Assembly (NCBI RefSeq): GCF_001194135.2
Contig: NC_068986.1
Coordinates: 52,235,226-52,293,780 of the forward strand
Length of the DNA stretch: 58,555 nucleotides
Direction: 5' to 3'
Source of the DNA: Octopus bimaculoides
Taxonomy: Eukaryota
In this document: positions 12,716-25,104 of the stretch, one piece after another
How the letters are laid out: every line of letters starts with the position of its first letter
Numbering within the stretch: position 1 is the first letter of the stretch
The notes under the pieces: model-generated
Told to the model about the DNA's origin: nothing
Seen by the model: only the letters and a program-made list of their open reading frames with translations
Databases searched by the model: none
Made by a program: the position numbers and the translations under genes

Positions 12716-12770
12716 AGAGTCGAAGGCATGTGTTTCTGCCTCAACAGGCATCATCAGCTATGGTCACTCT
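12716..12770 (-). ncRNA. Degenerate hammerhead ribozyme motif
   Basis: Minus strand: AGAGTGACCATAG CTGATGA TGCCT-GTTG-AGGCA GAAAC ACAT GC C TTCG ACTCT. Both core strands are exact and helix II is a perfect 5 bp, but U16.1 is replaced by C and helix I is only partial (AGAGT/ACTCT). Confidence 0.55.
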
Positions 12771-13682
12771 GAGTTATTTCTTTTCGATCCTTTTCGTTTG
12801 AATTATGCAAATTAACCAGGACATATATGTGTCCAACTCTTTTTTTTTTATCTTTTAGTGCAGGACAACTGATGAGTAGATCACACTTATTGAAGCACAA
12901 ACACCTGGTCGCAGCTGATCTCTTGTCTCCAAAAGTGGCAAAAAAGTTCTTATTTAGGTCTTTGAATAGAAGAGCAACAAACTTCAAAACGATTTCCAGG
13001 ACTGCAGATAGAAGGGTTCACAGGAATGGTTATTTATAGTCGCAGTTGACTGTAGAAGATTCCCCGCCCAAACTGTATGGAGATTATAATAATGGGAAGG
13101 GAGGGAAAAGGCATCTAACCGCAGGTTAGGTGGGGCAACAGAAAGAGCCTCAGACTGGCTACCTAACAACTGAGAGAATTTAACGAGGAAGCCAGAAAAC
13201 GAGTAGTAATCTACACATAATGGCCGACTTGAATACGGAAGAGTGTTATGATTCAAGGTCAAACCCAAAATCCATTGGGCACCGTCTAGTAACATCAGTT
13301 CCTCCTGGCCAATATTACACTCAACAAAGATGAATGGAGAAACATCTTCCTGCAGATGTTAATGCCTTCACACACAAAATGCGTGCGGTCGCACACATAT
13401 AATCATGCACACACGCATTGATGTGCAAATGGAGATTTATTCTAGAAACCTTACAAACATATATCTGCTTACAAGTGGAAGCTGTCTCATTATCAAAGGA
13501 AAATTTTTATACTACTTTGAAATGATATAACAAATTTCATTTTCCTTTGATAATTAAGTCGACCTGTAAAATAGCTTGATATATATAAGGATTCTTGTAT
13601 AAACCTACATATTAGATTTCACTCCACATAACGATTCTGATATTCCTAATATATTAACCTTTGCCAATATTTTCTAGTGTAA

Positions 13683-13741
<59 letters not shown>

Positions 13742-14064
13742 CGCGTGAGCGTGCACGTGCGTGTGTTCATTAGTTTGTGTCGATGCGTAGAAGAAAAATT
13801 TACTGCGTGGTATCCGGTTTCCGCTTCGTTATGATCAGTAAATACCCCCATTCTCAATTCAAAGACAAAATAAGCTGCTGGCAAGTAACTGAGGGTTGAT
13901 AGGCTTTGTCTAAGCATGTCCATATATCAATAACGTAAATCAGTAATTTTATTTTAAATAGAAGCATTAGTGAGTTAGTTTTCAGCGGTTTTTTTTATGC
14001 ATTTTATATTATTGTTTGATGCAACTCACTTCAATTTCGATACACGTAATCTCAGAAAATACGT

Positions 14065-14390
14065 AAACACTGCAATGTTAAAATCGATATGTGTTAGTGT
14101 TGTGTCGACGGCCCCAGGCGAAGAACTAGGATCACCCAAGACATATAAATAGAGGTAGTCTGGCCGTGGTAGGAGTGTTGAGTAGCAGTCGAGTAGCAGT
14201 TGTGTAGCGGTTGAGTAGTGATCATCCGAAGGTGCTAATTAGCAGTAGCTTGAGACATAGCAGTTAGTAAAGTAAGTTCATGAGGCTGGATAATCTTATA
14301 AACACGGAGAGCAGAGTAATCTGATGTTTCGGGACTGAGACTTCGTCTGCAAGAGAAAATATGTTTCATCGTCTAATAGGATGTCAGATA
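14065..14390 (-). mobile_element. Probable Penelope-like pseudo-LTR relic with a decayed hammerhead-like motif (14311-14360)
   Basis: Minus strand CAGACGAAGTCTCAGTCCCGAAACATC resembles the CTGANGAAG...CGAAACGTC motif. There are also 11-bp gagtagcagt repeats and a TATA-like atataaatagagg. Confidence 0.4.
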
Positions 14391-15261
14391 AAATGTTTTC
14401 AGATATTGTCCTTTGTGTCTTTAGTCCAAATCTCCTCAAGATCGATTTTGCTTTTCATCCTTCTGCTGTCTATAATTTGTTCTTTCACACGTTGAATCAA
14501 TCCCTAACATCAATTTTTTCCCCACAACCTATGAAATGCACTGTACTATTGTACCGACGCAGACTACAATTCGTTCCTTTGGACTGGGGAGTTAACGATG
14601 ACACTTCTATGTGATCGCTCAGCATGCTCAACTTCTCAAATCTACATCAAAATCAGATTCAACATTCTTAAAAAGACTCCAGAAATCGTGGTCCTGTACT
14701 TCATGCATACAAGAAAAAATACCATGGTCATTGATGAATTTAGAATAATTTTGAACAATAAAGAACAATTTTGGAACAATATTTTACTGTTAAATGTAAT
14801 AGGGATTTGGAAATCATGATGGTGAAACTATTCCTCATGAATCGTATAATCAACCAGAAAGGTTTAAGTGTCAACCTGCAGAATTTGCTATCTGTACCAC
14901 AGAGCACATAACACAAGTTAAGCACCATGGGGTTTCGAGAATATGATCTTATTTAGGTTCTCCCTTGACATAGTTAATTACACTTATGCTTCTGATCTTG
15001 AGATTGAATGAAATTGGGCAAACTGAAACTAGATCGGATAGATTGATTCTGTAATTCAAAAAACAGTCTTGTCGTACACTGCATCACATGACACTTATTC
15101 TGTCTGAGTGTAATAGTACACATATCTGCGAAATACACAGCTTTTTACATTTTCATTCAATCCGTAGTTAGATCAGTTGTTCGGATAATTGAAATATTCA
15201 TCTCCGAAACTGACAGATATTCGAATACATTTTACTTACTTGTAAATCCATATGTGTATGC

Positions 15262-15352
<91 letters not shown>

Positions 15353-16111
15353 TGTGGTTGTGCGTGGGCGCGTGTATATTCTGCAGTATGTAAACTTATG
15401 AATGTTAGCACTTCTGATTGTGTCTGTGTGTTCTTACACATTTATGAGTCTAGTCATAAGTCTGTCAGATGTGTCTTCATGTATAAATGTGTTTTCTATT
15501 GAGAAAGTGTTTATGTCTGTGAAATATTATGCATTCTCCCTCCTGTAAAGTTAATAAAAGATTTATTTTTCACCAAGAATTTTTACTTTTTTATGCTTTT
15601 GTTAATTTCATTATTTTTTAAATTTTATATCCAGAACAAATTATTTTTTTTCTCTTTGTATATTAATTTAAATTTAATTGAAATTATATTGGATGAAAAC
15701 ACTTGATTCTAAAATTTCGTGTAATGATGAGTCGGATATGCTTAATTGATTTAGAAACTCGTTGACAATGACAGATAGTGATCAAACACGGAGGTGATAG
15801 TCTTTCACAGCAGGGACATGAACTCTTAAGGAATATAGTTTCAAATTTCATTTAGTCATCATGTTTATTTGAAATTGCTAAAGCTATGTCGATTGGTTGA
15901 TGTTAGAACGCCATCTTTGAAATTGCTGTTGTTGCAATTGTTACTGTTTATCAAGAATTAGGTCTAAACAACCTGATCTAAGATATAAAGCGTTTCTTTT
16001 TTTCCTATGACCAACTCACCATATTTTAAAACCTTGTGTGACTTGGGCTAGATTATCTATTAAACCTCTTTCTAGTAGGCAGAACTGTTACCATAACGGG
16101 AAAAATGCTTA

Positions 16112-16315
16112 CTGATTTCAAATTTTGGTACAAAGCCACCAATTGCGGAGGAGGGGATGAGTCAATAACATCGACCTCAGTACTCAAATAGTACTTATTT
16201 CCTCGACCCTCGAAAGAATGAAAGGTAAAGACGACCTCAAAGGATTTTGAACTCAGAACTTACGAAGATATAAACAACTACCACGGATGCTTGGAGCTTT
16301 ACCGATTCTGCAATC
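16112..16315 (-). mobile_element. SINE family A, tail type 2
   Basis: tttcaaattttggtacaaagcc...tcgacctcagtactcaa...tttgaactcagaac. Confidence 0.85.
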
Positions 16316-16744
16316 CATTAGAAACTCTCATCATGTTGAAGAACATAGTTTTCTTAGGGGAGGGGTAGTTATAAAATTCAGTACTAATATGAAAATGTAA
16401 GACAAAATTACGTCATATGTATACAAACATAAATTTGTTTTTGAAGCTTTGAAATGTATTGTAGAACAAGTAGAAAGGTAAAGTTTTCAACATATAAATA
16501 CTGAACAGTATATATAAATGATAAAAAACTTTTAAGAGCAGAAAAAATGCCGGCAACCAGCCATAATATTCGAACACACACCCCTCCAATATCCGCTTGG
16601 AGTGCTCTACATTTTAAGCGAAACTGCCGACTAGCAAATTCTTCTGCAATCTTAGAAGCTATAAAGTCATCCAGAAACGTTAGATTTCATATAGGTTACG
16701 TCATATGTATAGCAACATTGCAGAAGAATTGCAGTATTTAGTTA

Positions 16745-16900
16745 AGATCTTTTACGTTCAAAGTTCAAATTCGACAGACAACAACCTTGCATTTCAACCT
16801 TCCGTGTACATAAAATAAAGCACTTCTGTATTACTGGGCAGTAGGTCAATTTAATCGAGTATACACTCTCCTGAAATTCGTGGCCTTAACCTACGTTAGA
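16745..16900 (+). mobile_element. SINE family A, diverged
   Basis: tttacgttcaaagttcaaattc...ccttgcatttcaaccttcc...ctcctgaaattcgtggcctt. Confidence 0.7.
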
Positions 16901-16916
16901 AATCGGTGTTAATATT

Positions 16917-17126
16917 TGTTTCAAATTTTGGCACAAGGCTAGCAATTTCGGAGAAAGGGGCTCAGCCGATTAGGTCGACCCAGTGATCAACTGGTTTTTA
17001 TTTTATCGAGATAAAAAGGATGAAAGGCAATATCGACCGCGGCGAAATTTGAACTCAGAACATAAAGACGGACGAAATAGCTGCTATGCAATTTGCCCTT
17101 TGTGCTAACAATTCTGCCAGGTCACC
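16917..17126 (-). mobile_element. SINE family A, tail type 2
   Basis: gtttcaaattttggcacaaggctagcaatttcgg...aactggtttttattttatcg...aatttgaactcagaac. Confidence 0.9.
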
Positions 17127-18174
17127 GCATCAATTAGTATCAATATTTTGACCAATATACATGGTTTCTAAATTTAAATCACGTAACTACATACTCCTAT
17201 ATAAGTACACACTTACGTTATAATTATTGGGTTGGTTTAAATCCACTACACTATAGAAGACAAACTATGCCCCCAAACAACTTATAATAATTCCACTTGT
17301 CATTAGGCGACTTACCCCATCGGTAATGCTCTCACGTGATTAGAGAAAGAGGAAGAGAGAGAGAAAAAAGGGAGAGTGAAAAAGAGGGAGAGTGAAAAAG
17401 AGGGAGAGTGAAAAAGAGGGAGAGAGAAGCGTCCATGACGTGAGGTAGAGGGAATGTAATTCTAACGCTTTCAAGTGATTAGTTGAAGGGAAAGAGAGGA
17501 GAAAGAAAAAGGAGAGAGAAAAGAGTATAAGGCGAAGACTCAGACAGAACGAGGGAGAAAGAAAACTATTGGTGGAGATGGAGGTGGTGATGTTGGAGGT
17601 CATGGTAGCAGAGGTGACAATGTGAGTGCATAATGAAAAGTGTATCTTTTTTAATCGAACTTAACGTATGCGCATAAGTGCAATTCCGTGAAATATTTAC
17701 GTGCCAGATATATGCAATTTAACTAAAGATTGTATCATATGTACGGGATATTTTTCCTGTTTTGGGGAATAATAAGTGTGACTGTTTATTTTATGAATGC
17801 TGTGTCTATAAAATTGTGCATGAAGTATATAAAATTTATATATAAAGTGCATTAGGTAATCATCTTATTCCAATTTCTTTCACTTTTCAATGAATACTTG
17901 CTGAGTATCTATCTTTCCATACAGTCACAATACGCTTTCATGTTTTTTTGGATAAAGTTTTCAGAAATAACCTAATGGGTTTACCATTACTTCTGTGAAA
18001 TATTCACAGGTCCCGCTATTTTTTTGTTATTAATATTCTTTCTCAGAGGTAGATAATACTTACTTATTTTCCCCTGAGACGGTTAGCGACATATGCTAAA
18101 TAGTATATATTTGTAAAATTTAACTTTCTGCTGCCACTCGAATGTGTTGTTCGGAAAGTTGATTTTTGATATTG

Positions 18175-18294
<120 letters not shown>

Positions 18295-18424
18295 CATAAT
18301 AATAATAATAATAATAATAATATAGATTTAATCAAAAGATTAAATGTGGTACTTAAAATGTTTGAGGCACCAGAATTTGGTAGGATAAAAACTAAAAACA
18401 AAATCGAGAGATTTGGTGAATAAA

Positions 18425-18660
18425 ATTTGAAGTTAAACAACAAAAATTTAATAGGTTATAACAGTACGTACGTTTCGTACAAGCTCCATTTATTCATGTA
18501 GTGAGAACACCACAGAATGTACAATGAAAATGAAATATGCAGCTGAGGAGTACATTTTCATTGTACATTCTGTGGTGTTCTCACTACATGAATAAATGGA
18601 GCTTGTACGAAACGTACGTACTGGTATAACCTATTAAATTTTTGTTGCTTATCTTCAAAT
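18425..18660. repeat. Near-perfect long inverted repeat: 108-bp arms (18425-18532 and 18553-18660), 20-nt loop
   Basis: The arms are reverse complements with 3 mismatches (one in the inner 95 bp, 18461/18624). Loop: aaatatgcagctgaggagta. Confidence 0.97.
18535..18628 (+). ncRNA. Type-I hammerhead ribozyme with a complete catalytic core
   Basis: CTGAGGA (18543-18549); helix II GTACA/TGTAC closed by G10.1-C11.1 (18550-18554/18604-18608); GAAA (18609-18612); helix III AC-GTAC-GT, an ACGTACGT palindrome; cleavage triplet GTA (A at 18620); helix I CAG/CTG, then a bulged G and TATG/TATA pairing. Confidence 0.75.
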
Positions 18661-19299
18661 ATATATATATATATAATCGAGGAAGGCAAACTAACAGAAT
18701 TTTTAAAAATAAAAATCTGTTAGTATTCATAGTGATGTATATTGTATATGGTGACTGACGATTTAAAGTCTATTCTCAGCATATTGGGATAGAGATCATT
18801 TTCTTTTGCTCTTATTTATAATTGCGTGTGTGCGTGTGTGTGTGTGTCTCTCTGTGTGTTTGTGTGTGTCTGTGCCTGTGTCTCTGTGTGTCTGTGTGTG
18901 TGTATGTGTGTGTATGTGTAATTGCCACAACGTTGGACCATTTCGGACAGAACTTGGTTGAAAAACATGCCCGGAGATTGGTAACTGAAGCAATAAAAAT
19001 ATAAATGAAAAATAGAGAGGCAGGATAAAAATGAGCTCTTTCTTATACTTTAAATTCAAGGCCAATATATTTGAGAGTAGGGAATTAGTTGACGCCATCG
19101 ATTCCGGGACTTAACTGGTACATTTTCTACCATCTGTGGGAGGAATTAAAGGCAAAGTTAATCTTGAAGTGATGTGAAGGCGAAAGTATTTTGCTAGGTA
19201 TTTTGAGGGTTGCTCAAATGATTCTCCCGGAAAACATAATTTTATGTTAAGATTATTAATATATTGATACAAAGTATGGATACGCAACCTAAATAATTG

Positions 19300-19730
19300 T
19301 TGGACATTTTAGAAACGGGAGCTAAATCTCCTTGAAGTCACACACTAATACCGTCTTAAGAAAAGTAATAAAATGTATGTTGGCTAATGGGGTTGAACGT
19401 ATACTATGTTTTAAAGAATCAGACAAGATTCTGGTATGCTTTTAAACAGTAGCCTGATCTATCAAGCGTTCGGTTGAAGGTAAACAATAACAACAACATA
19501 ACACCTGATATGGGGAAGAGCTACCTCGTTGCTCGACCTGCAGAAAGCAGCAGCTACAGATCTCTTTATCGTCATTAAATGCATCAGCGACTCACCAGAT
19601 TGAATGATGCCAATTACTGCGTCGCTATATAAGGAATGAGACATTCGCAGTTGGAATGCTTTTGGTAATTAGTGTGCTGGTTCAGGGTGAATCTCGAGTT
19701 AAACAACAAAAGTACTACAACAACAAGAGC
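19300..19730 (+). mobile_element. Cluster of old SINE-like family D fragments
   Basis: gggagctaaatctccttgaagtcacac...accgtcttaag...ggtaaacaataacaacaac and gaagagctacctcgttgctcgacctgcagaaagcagcag. Similar to 7030-7190. Confidence 0.5.
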
Positions 19731-21149
19731 AACACGTATGAATGGAAAACTGTTTGAGTTTTTAAAAAAATCCCTATTACTCTAAAGTATTCCAGCTTTC
19801 AAACAAAATTTGAAATAATTTTTTGAAAATTGAAAATCGATGACAAAATATTTTACAAATAAAGCTTCTGAATAGCAGAAAGGTTAAGTTTCAGAAAATT
19901 TAGCATTTAGATATTCATCCCACGAGGAAGTAAATAAATATTTACCTGCATTTGTTAAAGAAGATTAATATAAATTTTTTTTTCGACAAATATGATACAA
20001 CAGTTTTCATTTTTCTTTTTTGCTTCATTTCAGGTTATTTTCTTCGTAGTCATAATCATCATTATCACAGTAGCAATCATCATTATCGTCATTATTAAAA
20101 TATTCCTGAAATTTTATGACAGAGTTCACTGCGGTCATCCCACAGAGATGATTGTGACCATAACAGATGGTTAATACCAATGTGGGTGAATTGTGATTCG
20201 CCAGCAAGGCGTGTAAATGTCGACGGATTTTAAGATTTATATAAAAAAAAAAACGCCGTAGTAAAAACGCCAGCGAAACCAGTACCACTGAATTTTCTGA
20301 AGCTCGTTCTATAACTACAACAAAATCATTACTACCATAACCACATCGATCACCACCTATGATTTCCTATGACACAGCTACCATTGACGGTAACATTCAT
20401 AAGCACGAACGAAGTGAATGTTACGTCCCCGTCGATTCCCATTAGACGCGAGTAGCTCCAAGAATGACCAGTACCAACACCATTACTGGCACTATTTCCA
20501 CAAATCACACCCCTAAAAGTACCTTAGTCCTTATCGATAATAACAGTAACAACAACAACAACAACAATAACAAGAATGAGTCAACAAGGAAGTTTATATA
20601 TGGTCGTTAGAGATAAAACGGCGGAATCCAACCAAAAGTATAACCTAAGTTTTCAAAACGGTAAAGGTATAGTTTGGATATTAGTCTTGGATGCAGAATG
20701 TGAAAATAAGATGGAACGACATGTAACATAGGTAGAAAGATTATGTAATCAAGATAGACATTAAAGACAACGACGAAAACTACGATACTTCAAACACTTC
20801 ATTATCTCAAAACACATTTGAACTGAGCTACGAGCAGATCTGACTCATCAATATAAACGACAATATAAAAGATAAGAAAGCTCGTGTACAATGTTTGAAA
20901 AGAGCTTATATACAAATCCCCATTCTCTCCCATGAGATAATAGTCCATAAGACTGTGATGCATGGTAAAGAAGAGCAGGGCTCCTGAACCCCTCTGCTCT
21001 TCTCTCGTAAGAGGTTATAGGATGTGTATCTTGCGTAACAGAAATAGTGTTAAGTGTCTAATTGCACAGGTTCACTAGTTTGGACTTGTCAGCATCTTTT
21101 TACACTATCTTATTATGTGGTGATTAGCCATTAATCCGAAGCTACTAAA

Positions 21150-21850
21150 ATCCCACCTCATGTTTCTGTTTTTGCACAAAGGTTTCAAAACATTGATAAA
21201 TTTCAGTTTCGGTTATGTACTGTCTATCGAGTCATTTTGGGTAGTAGCCATCGCGTGCTTATTCACCCCAGTTTTTCCCAATATGTTTTTGTGTTCTAAT
21301 TTGACTTGACTCCTACTTTTTTTTACTCTTTTATATTGTCTTAATAAATAACCTTACCTTCAGTATAGTTAAATTCCAGTTTGTTCTTTATTGCACCTTT
21401 ATACATTGACAAAAAGAGAAAGAAATAGTAATCAGTTGTCTTTTGATTTCTTCAAAGTATTTCTTAGGCCCAGTGTTGTTGTTTTGTAGTAATTTTCTAC
21501 TTGTATCAAATCCCAGTATCTCAATCTATTGGGTAAATTTATTTTATTTTCATCAGCTTTAAGGTATTGGCTTCAGAATACTTTTGGTATTTGCTTGGTT
21601 TTTCTGTTTAAGCTTCACATTTCATAGAAAAATCAACGTTGAAGTTGCAGTTTATGAAATAGTATTTATATCTATTATTTCTAGTTCAGTTTTGAATACT
21701 AGTCTGACTTTCATGTGACTCTTTTCCAATAATATCCTTTGTTTATATATGGTGTCTTATCAGTTAATCCATACATACGTATTACTATAGATGCTTCTGG
21801 TTTAGGCTTTAGTGTCTGTATTAAGTTTAATATTCTCAGTTTTAATTCAA
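21150..21850 (-). mobile_element. Possible heavily decayed L1/Tx1-like RT relic
   Basis: The minus strand is A-rich with an IEILGF motif (compare IKYLG/IKILG) and a downstream KLG-like remnant. Many stops. Confidence 0.3.
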
Positions 21851-21954
21851 TTACTGTATCATATTAAATTTGCATATTTCTCTTACGCGTAAATTTTCAT
21901 ATTTATCCTCCTCCTCCTATTCGTTTTCTATTCCATATTATTATTATCGATGTT

Positions 21955-22071
<117 letters not shown>

Positions 22072-22725
22072 AACTAGATTGTTGTTGTCGGCGAGTTAAG
22101 ACGTGTTTTTAACGCTCTGTGAGTTTGGATTTTCTTGTGGCTTTTTTCAAGTTTCTTGACTGTTTTGTTTGATTGTTTTTGTTTTCCGAACCTGCCCGAA
22201 GTGTGCCCAGAACGAGGAAACCGTTATGCACGCCCTAGTCCACTGCCTGAGTATTGCTGACTCGTGGGTGTATGTGGAGCACCTGCTGTCGCGTGTTGGA
22301 CGGATCTGGCTATCAGCTGAATCTATTTCTCTTATTTCCCTCTTTGGCCAAGCCCTCATCAACTTTTTCAAGTTTTACTTGGAAAGGAAGTTGAGGGTAG
22401 AGAGAGAAGTGTTGTCTTGTAACAAGTTTGTTGAAAGGTGGGTGAATGTTGGAAGAATGACCAGTGCGAAAGGACTAATTCTGAGCGTGCACCTGTAAAA
22501 AAAAAGAAGGGATCTTGCCTTGTTGTTCAGGCACCCGTGGCTTTTGTGAGTTTTTCTACGAGGACCTTAAAGCGCCTCCCCTATTGGGAGTTTTAATTTG
22601 TTCAATTTTTATCATTATTACATTATGTACATGCGAAAACCCATTGTATCGTCCTGTTTTTGTCTTTTATGTTGTATGTCAATTAATGTTTTGTATGTGA
22701 GCCCTTGTGGCTAATAAAAGAATAG
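22072..22725 (+). mobile_element. Tx1/L1-type LINE fragment (C-terminal zinc knuckle, end of ORF2, 3'UTR with AATAAA)
   Basis: CPKCAQNEETVMHALVHC is an exact CX2CX8HX4C (22193-22246), followed by ...KLRVEREVLS...FVERWVNV. The 3' end is gcccttgtggctaataaaagaatag, followed by (ATT)n. Confidence 0.85.
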
Positions 22726-22760
<35 letters not shown>

Positions 22761-22776
22761 CATTATTATTATTATC

Positions 22777-22995
22777 TAAGGCAGTGAGCTGGTAGAATCG
22801 TTAGCGCGCTATATGAAATGTTTGCGGTATTTCGCCCGACGGTACGTTCTGAGTTCAAATTCCGCCGAGTTGGCTTTGCCTTTCCAGTTTTTGGGGTCGA
22901 TAAATTAAGTACCAGTGAAACACTGGGGTCGATATAATCGACTAGTCCCCGCCCCACAAATTTCAGGCGTTGTGCCTCTAGTAAAAAAAAGGATT
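22777..22995 (+). mobile_element. Full-length SINE family A, tail type 1
   Basis: ggcagtgagctggtagaatcgttagc...ttctgagttcaaattccgcc...gtaccagtgaaacactggggtcgat... Confidence 0.95.
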
Positions 22996-23003
22996 ATTAT
23001 TAT

Positions 23004-23220
23004 CTAAGGCAGCGAGCTGGCAGAATCGTTAGCACGCTGGCCGAAACGTTCAGCGTTATTTCGCCTGTTGCAACGTTCTGAGTTCAAATTCCGCTGAGGT
23101 CGGCTTTGTCTATCATCATTTCGGGGGTCCATAAATTAAGTACCAGTTGAACACTTGCGCTGATGTAATCGACTGTCTCTTTCCCCCAAATTTTAAGCCT
23201 TGTGCTTATAGTAGAAACCA
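23004..23220 (+). mobile_element. Full-length SINE family A, tail type 1 (head-to-tail tandem)
   Basis: Same architecture, separated from the previous copy by a short ATT run. Confidence 0.95.
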
Positions 23221-23254
23221 TTATTATTGTTATTATTATAATTATTATTGTTAC

Positions 23255-23432
23255 TGGAAAGCCGGCAGAAATTTTAACATGCCGGGTGAAATGCAGTTGT
23301 GAGTTCAAATTCCACCGAGGTCGATCCTGCCATTCATCATTTCGGTGTCGAGAAAATGAGTACCAGTTGAGTACAGGGGTCGATGTAATCGACAACCCTT
23401 CTCCCTAAATTGCTGACCTTGTACCAAAATTA
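23255..23432 (+). mobile_element. SINE family A, tail type 2
   Basis: gagttcaaattccaccgaggtcgat...gtaccagttgagtacaggggtcgatgtaatcgac...ccttgtaccaaaat. Confidence 0.9.
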
Positions 23433-23524
23433 TTAGGCCAGCTGATTGAACCGAATACGCATTGGACAGAATACATAGCTGCACTTCCCTGGCTCTTTCG
23501 AGATGAATAATATAAATGCAAGAT

Positions 23525-23800
23525 TTGTACTGGAGTCCATGTAATTGCCTAGGACCTCTTCCCTCAAATTTCAGGCCTTATGCCAATAGTAAAAATACTT
23601 ATTATTCCGGTGGGCAAGCACAATTGTCTGAGTGTTGGGAAAACACTTTGCCGCATTTGTTCTGGTTCCTTACAATCTGAGTTCAAATTCCACTTTAGTA
23701 CAATTTCCCTTTCAGAATTTCAATATCAGTAAAAGAAAATACCAATTAAGTAGTATAGTCGATTTTATCGATTCATACTGTATTCCCCAAATTGCAATTA
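23525..23800 (+). mobile_element. Two further diverged SINE family A fragments
   Basis: aaatttcaggccttatgccaatagtaaaa tail and tctgagttcaaattcc B-box. Confidence 0.65.
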
Positions 23801-24054
23801 ATACAGCTCCTGCTGTTGCTACTGCTACTGGTAGTACTGCCAAGACTGCTGATACTATTACTGTTATATGGTGTGTGTTTTTTTTTTATATAAGTTCTAA
23901 TATGCTTACACATTAATTGAAAAATGAATTAATAGTAATCAATATCTATTCAGTAGATAAAAGGTAATAGAAATCATATGAAGCAAAAGCCTATTATTAA
24001 CCAATACGTACACACATTCTTACATACATATGTATGTACGTATGTATATATATA

Positions 24055-24104
<50 letters not shown>

Positions 24105-24106
24105 AA

Positions 24107-24151
<45 letters not shown>

Positions 24152-24711
24152 TTACATATGCATGCATGTGCATATAAAAGTATATATCTATCATAGGATA
24201 AAACACACAAATTTTATATATACTTGTATATATATGTATATATATATATGTATATATAATTATGTATGTGTGTGTATGTATGTGTGTGTGCATATATACA
24301 TATATATATACACACACGTAGACACAGATACATATACATATACATACATGACTTAATGAGAAAGTAAAGAAGATATAGTGGTAGATCGTACGATTATATG
24401 CAGTAATTTACTATGGAATATAGAGAAATGACAATACACTCTAGCACTTTACTAGGTGCATAAATTCAACAGACGTTTGTATTCTACGTATCGGATGCTC
24501 CACAAACCTCTCACAATTTATGTTTATAAAAGGTTTCTACGGCAAACGCACGGTGTGCACTGTTCGAAATCATAAGAGTAAGTGAACAAAACCCACAAGG
24601 CGTTAGCTATAAGAAGACACAATTACCACAATCTAACTTTTCTGGCTGCATACTAATGACCGTGGAAAATACGGGTGGGTCTTTTGTTGCATGAAATATA
24701 TATTAAATATT

Positions 24712-24928
24712 GGTTTCAAAATTTGAAACAGGGCCAGTAGTTTGGGGGGAGGGTTTGATTTTTGATTACATCGACTCCAGTACTCAACTGGTACTCTATT
24801 TTGTCGACCCCGAAAGGATGAAAGGCAAAGTCGACCTCGGCGGAATTTGAACTCAGAACGTAATGACGGGTAAAATACTGCTAGCCATTTTGCCCAGCGT
24901 GCTAACGATTCTGCCAGCTCGCTGCCTT
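24712..24928 (-). mobile_element. Full-length SINE family A, tail type 2
   Basis: Clean reverse-complement copy ending ttctgccagctcgctgcctt. Confidence 0.95.
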
Positions 24929-25104
24929 AAATATATATTAAATATTGATTCTTGCTTTGTTTTGTTTATATCATGGTATCTAAAATCTTAAGACCGCGGA
25001 CAAGCAAAGTATATACCTCGATTTCTTTTTTTTTTTTTTTTTTTTTTCAATTTTGAACTAAAAGAGACGTGAATACGGAGTGTAATGAACCAGAACAAAT
25101 ATTC

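Noticed and set aside
12820-13340. Possible Tc1 transposase remnant or exon after a polypyrimidine AG
   Set aside because: I could not recover diagnostic HTH or DDE motifs in any frame, and no TIR is visible.
17372-17425. Three tandem copies of a 17-bp unit gggagagtgaaaaagag
   Set aside because: Ordinary slippage minisatellite within a GA-rich tract.
20386-21003. Small hairpins at 20388-20422 (10 bp) and 20969-21003 (10-12 bp), also 31404-31424 (9 bp)
   Set aside because: Stems this short are expected by chance in 58 kb and are too short for pre-miRNA.
22777-23800. Regularly spaced conserved repeats that superficially resemble a CRISPR-like array
   Set aside because: They are ~215-bp head-to-tail SINE copies with no unique spacers, in eukaryotic DNA with no cas genes.
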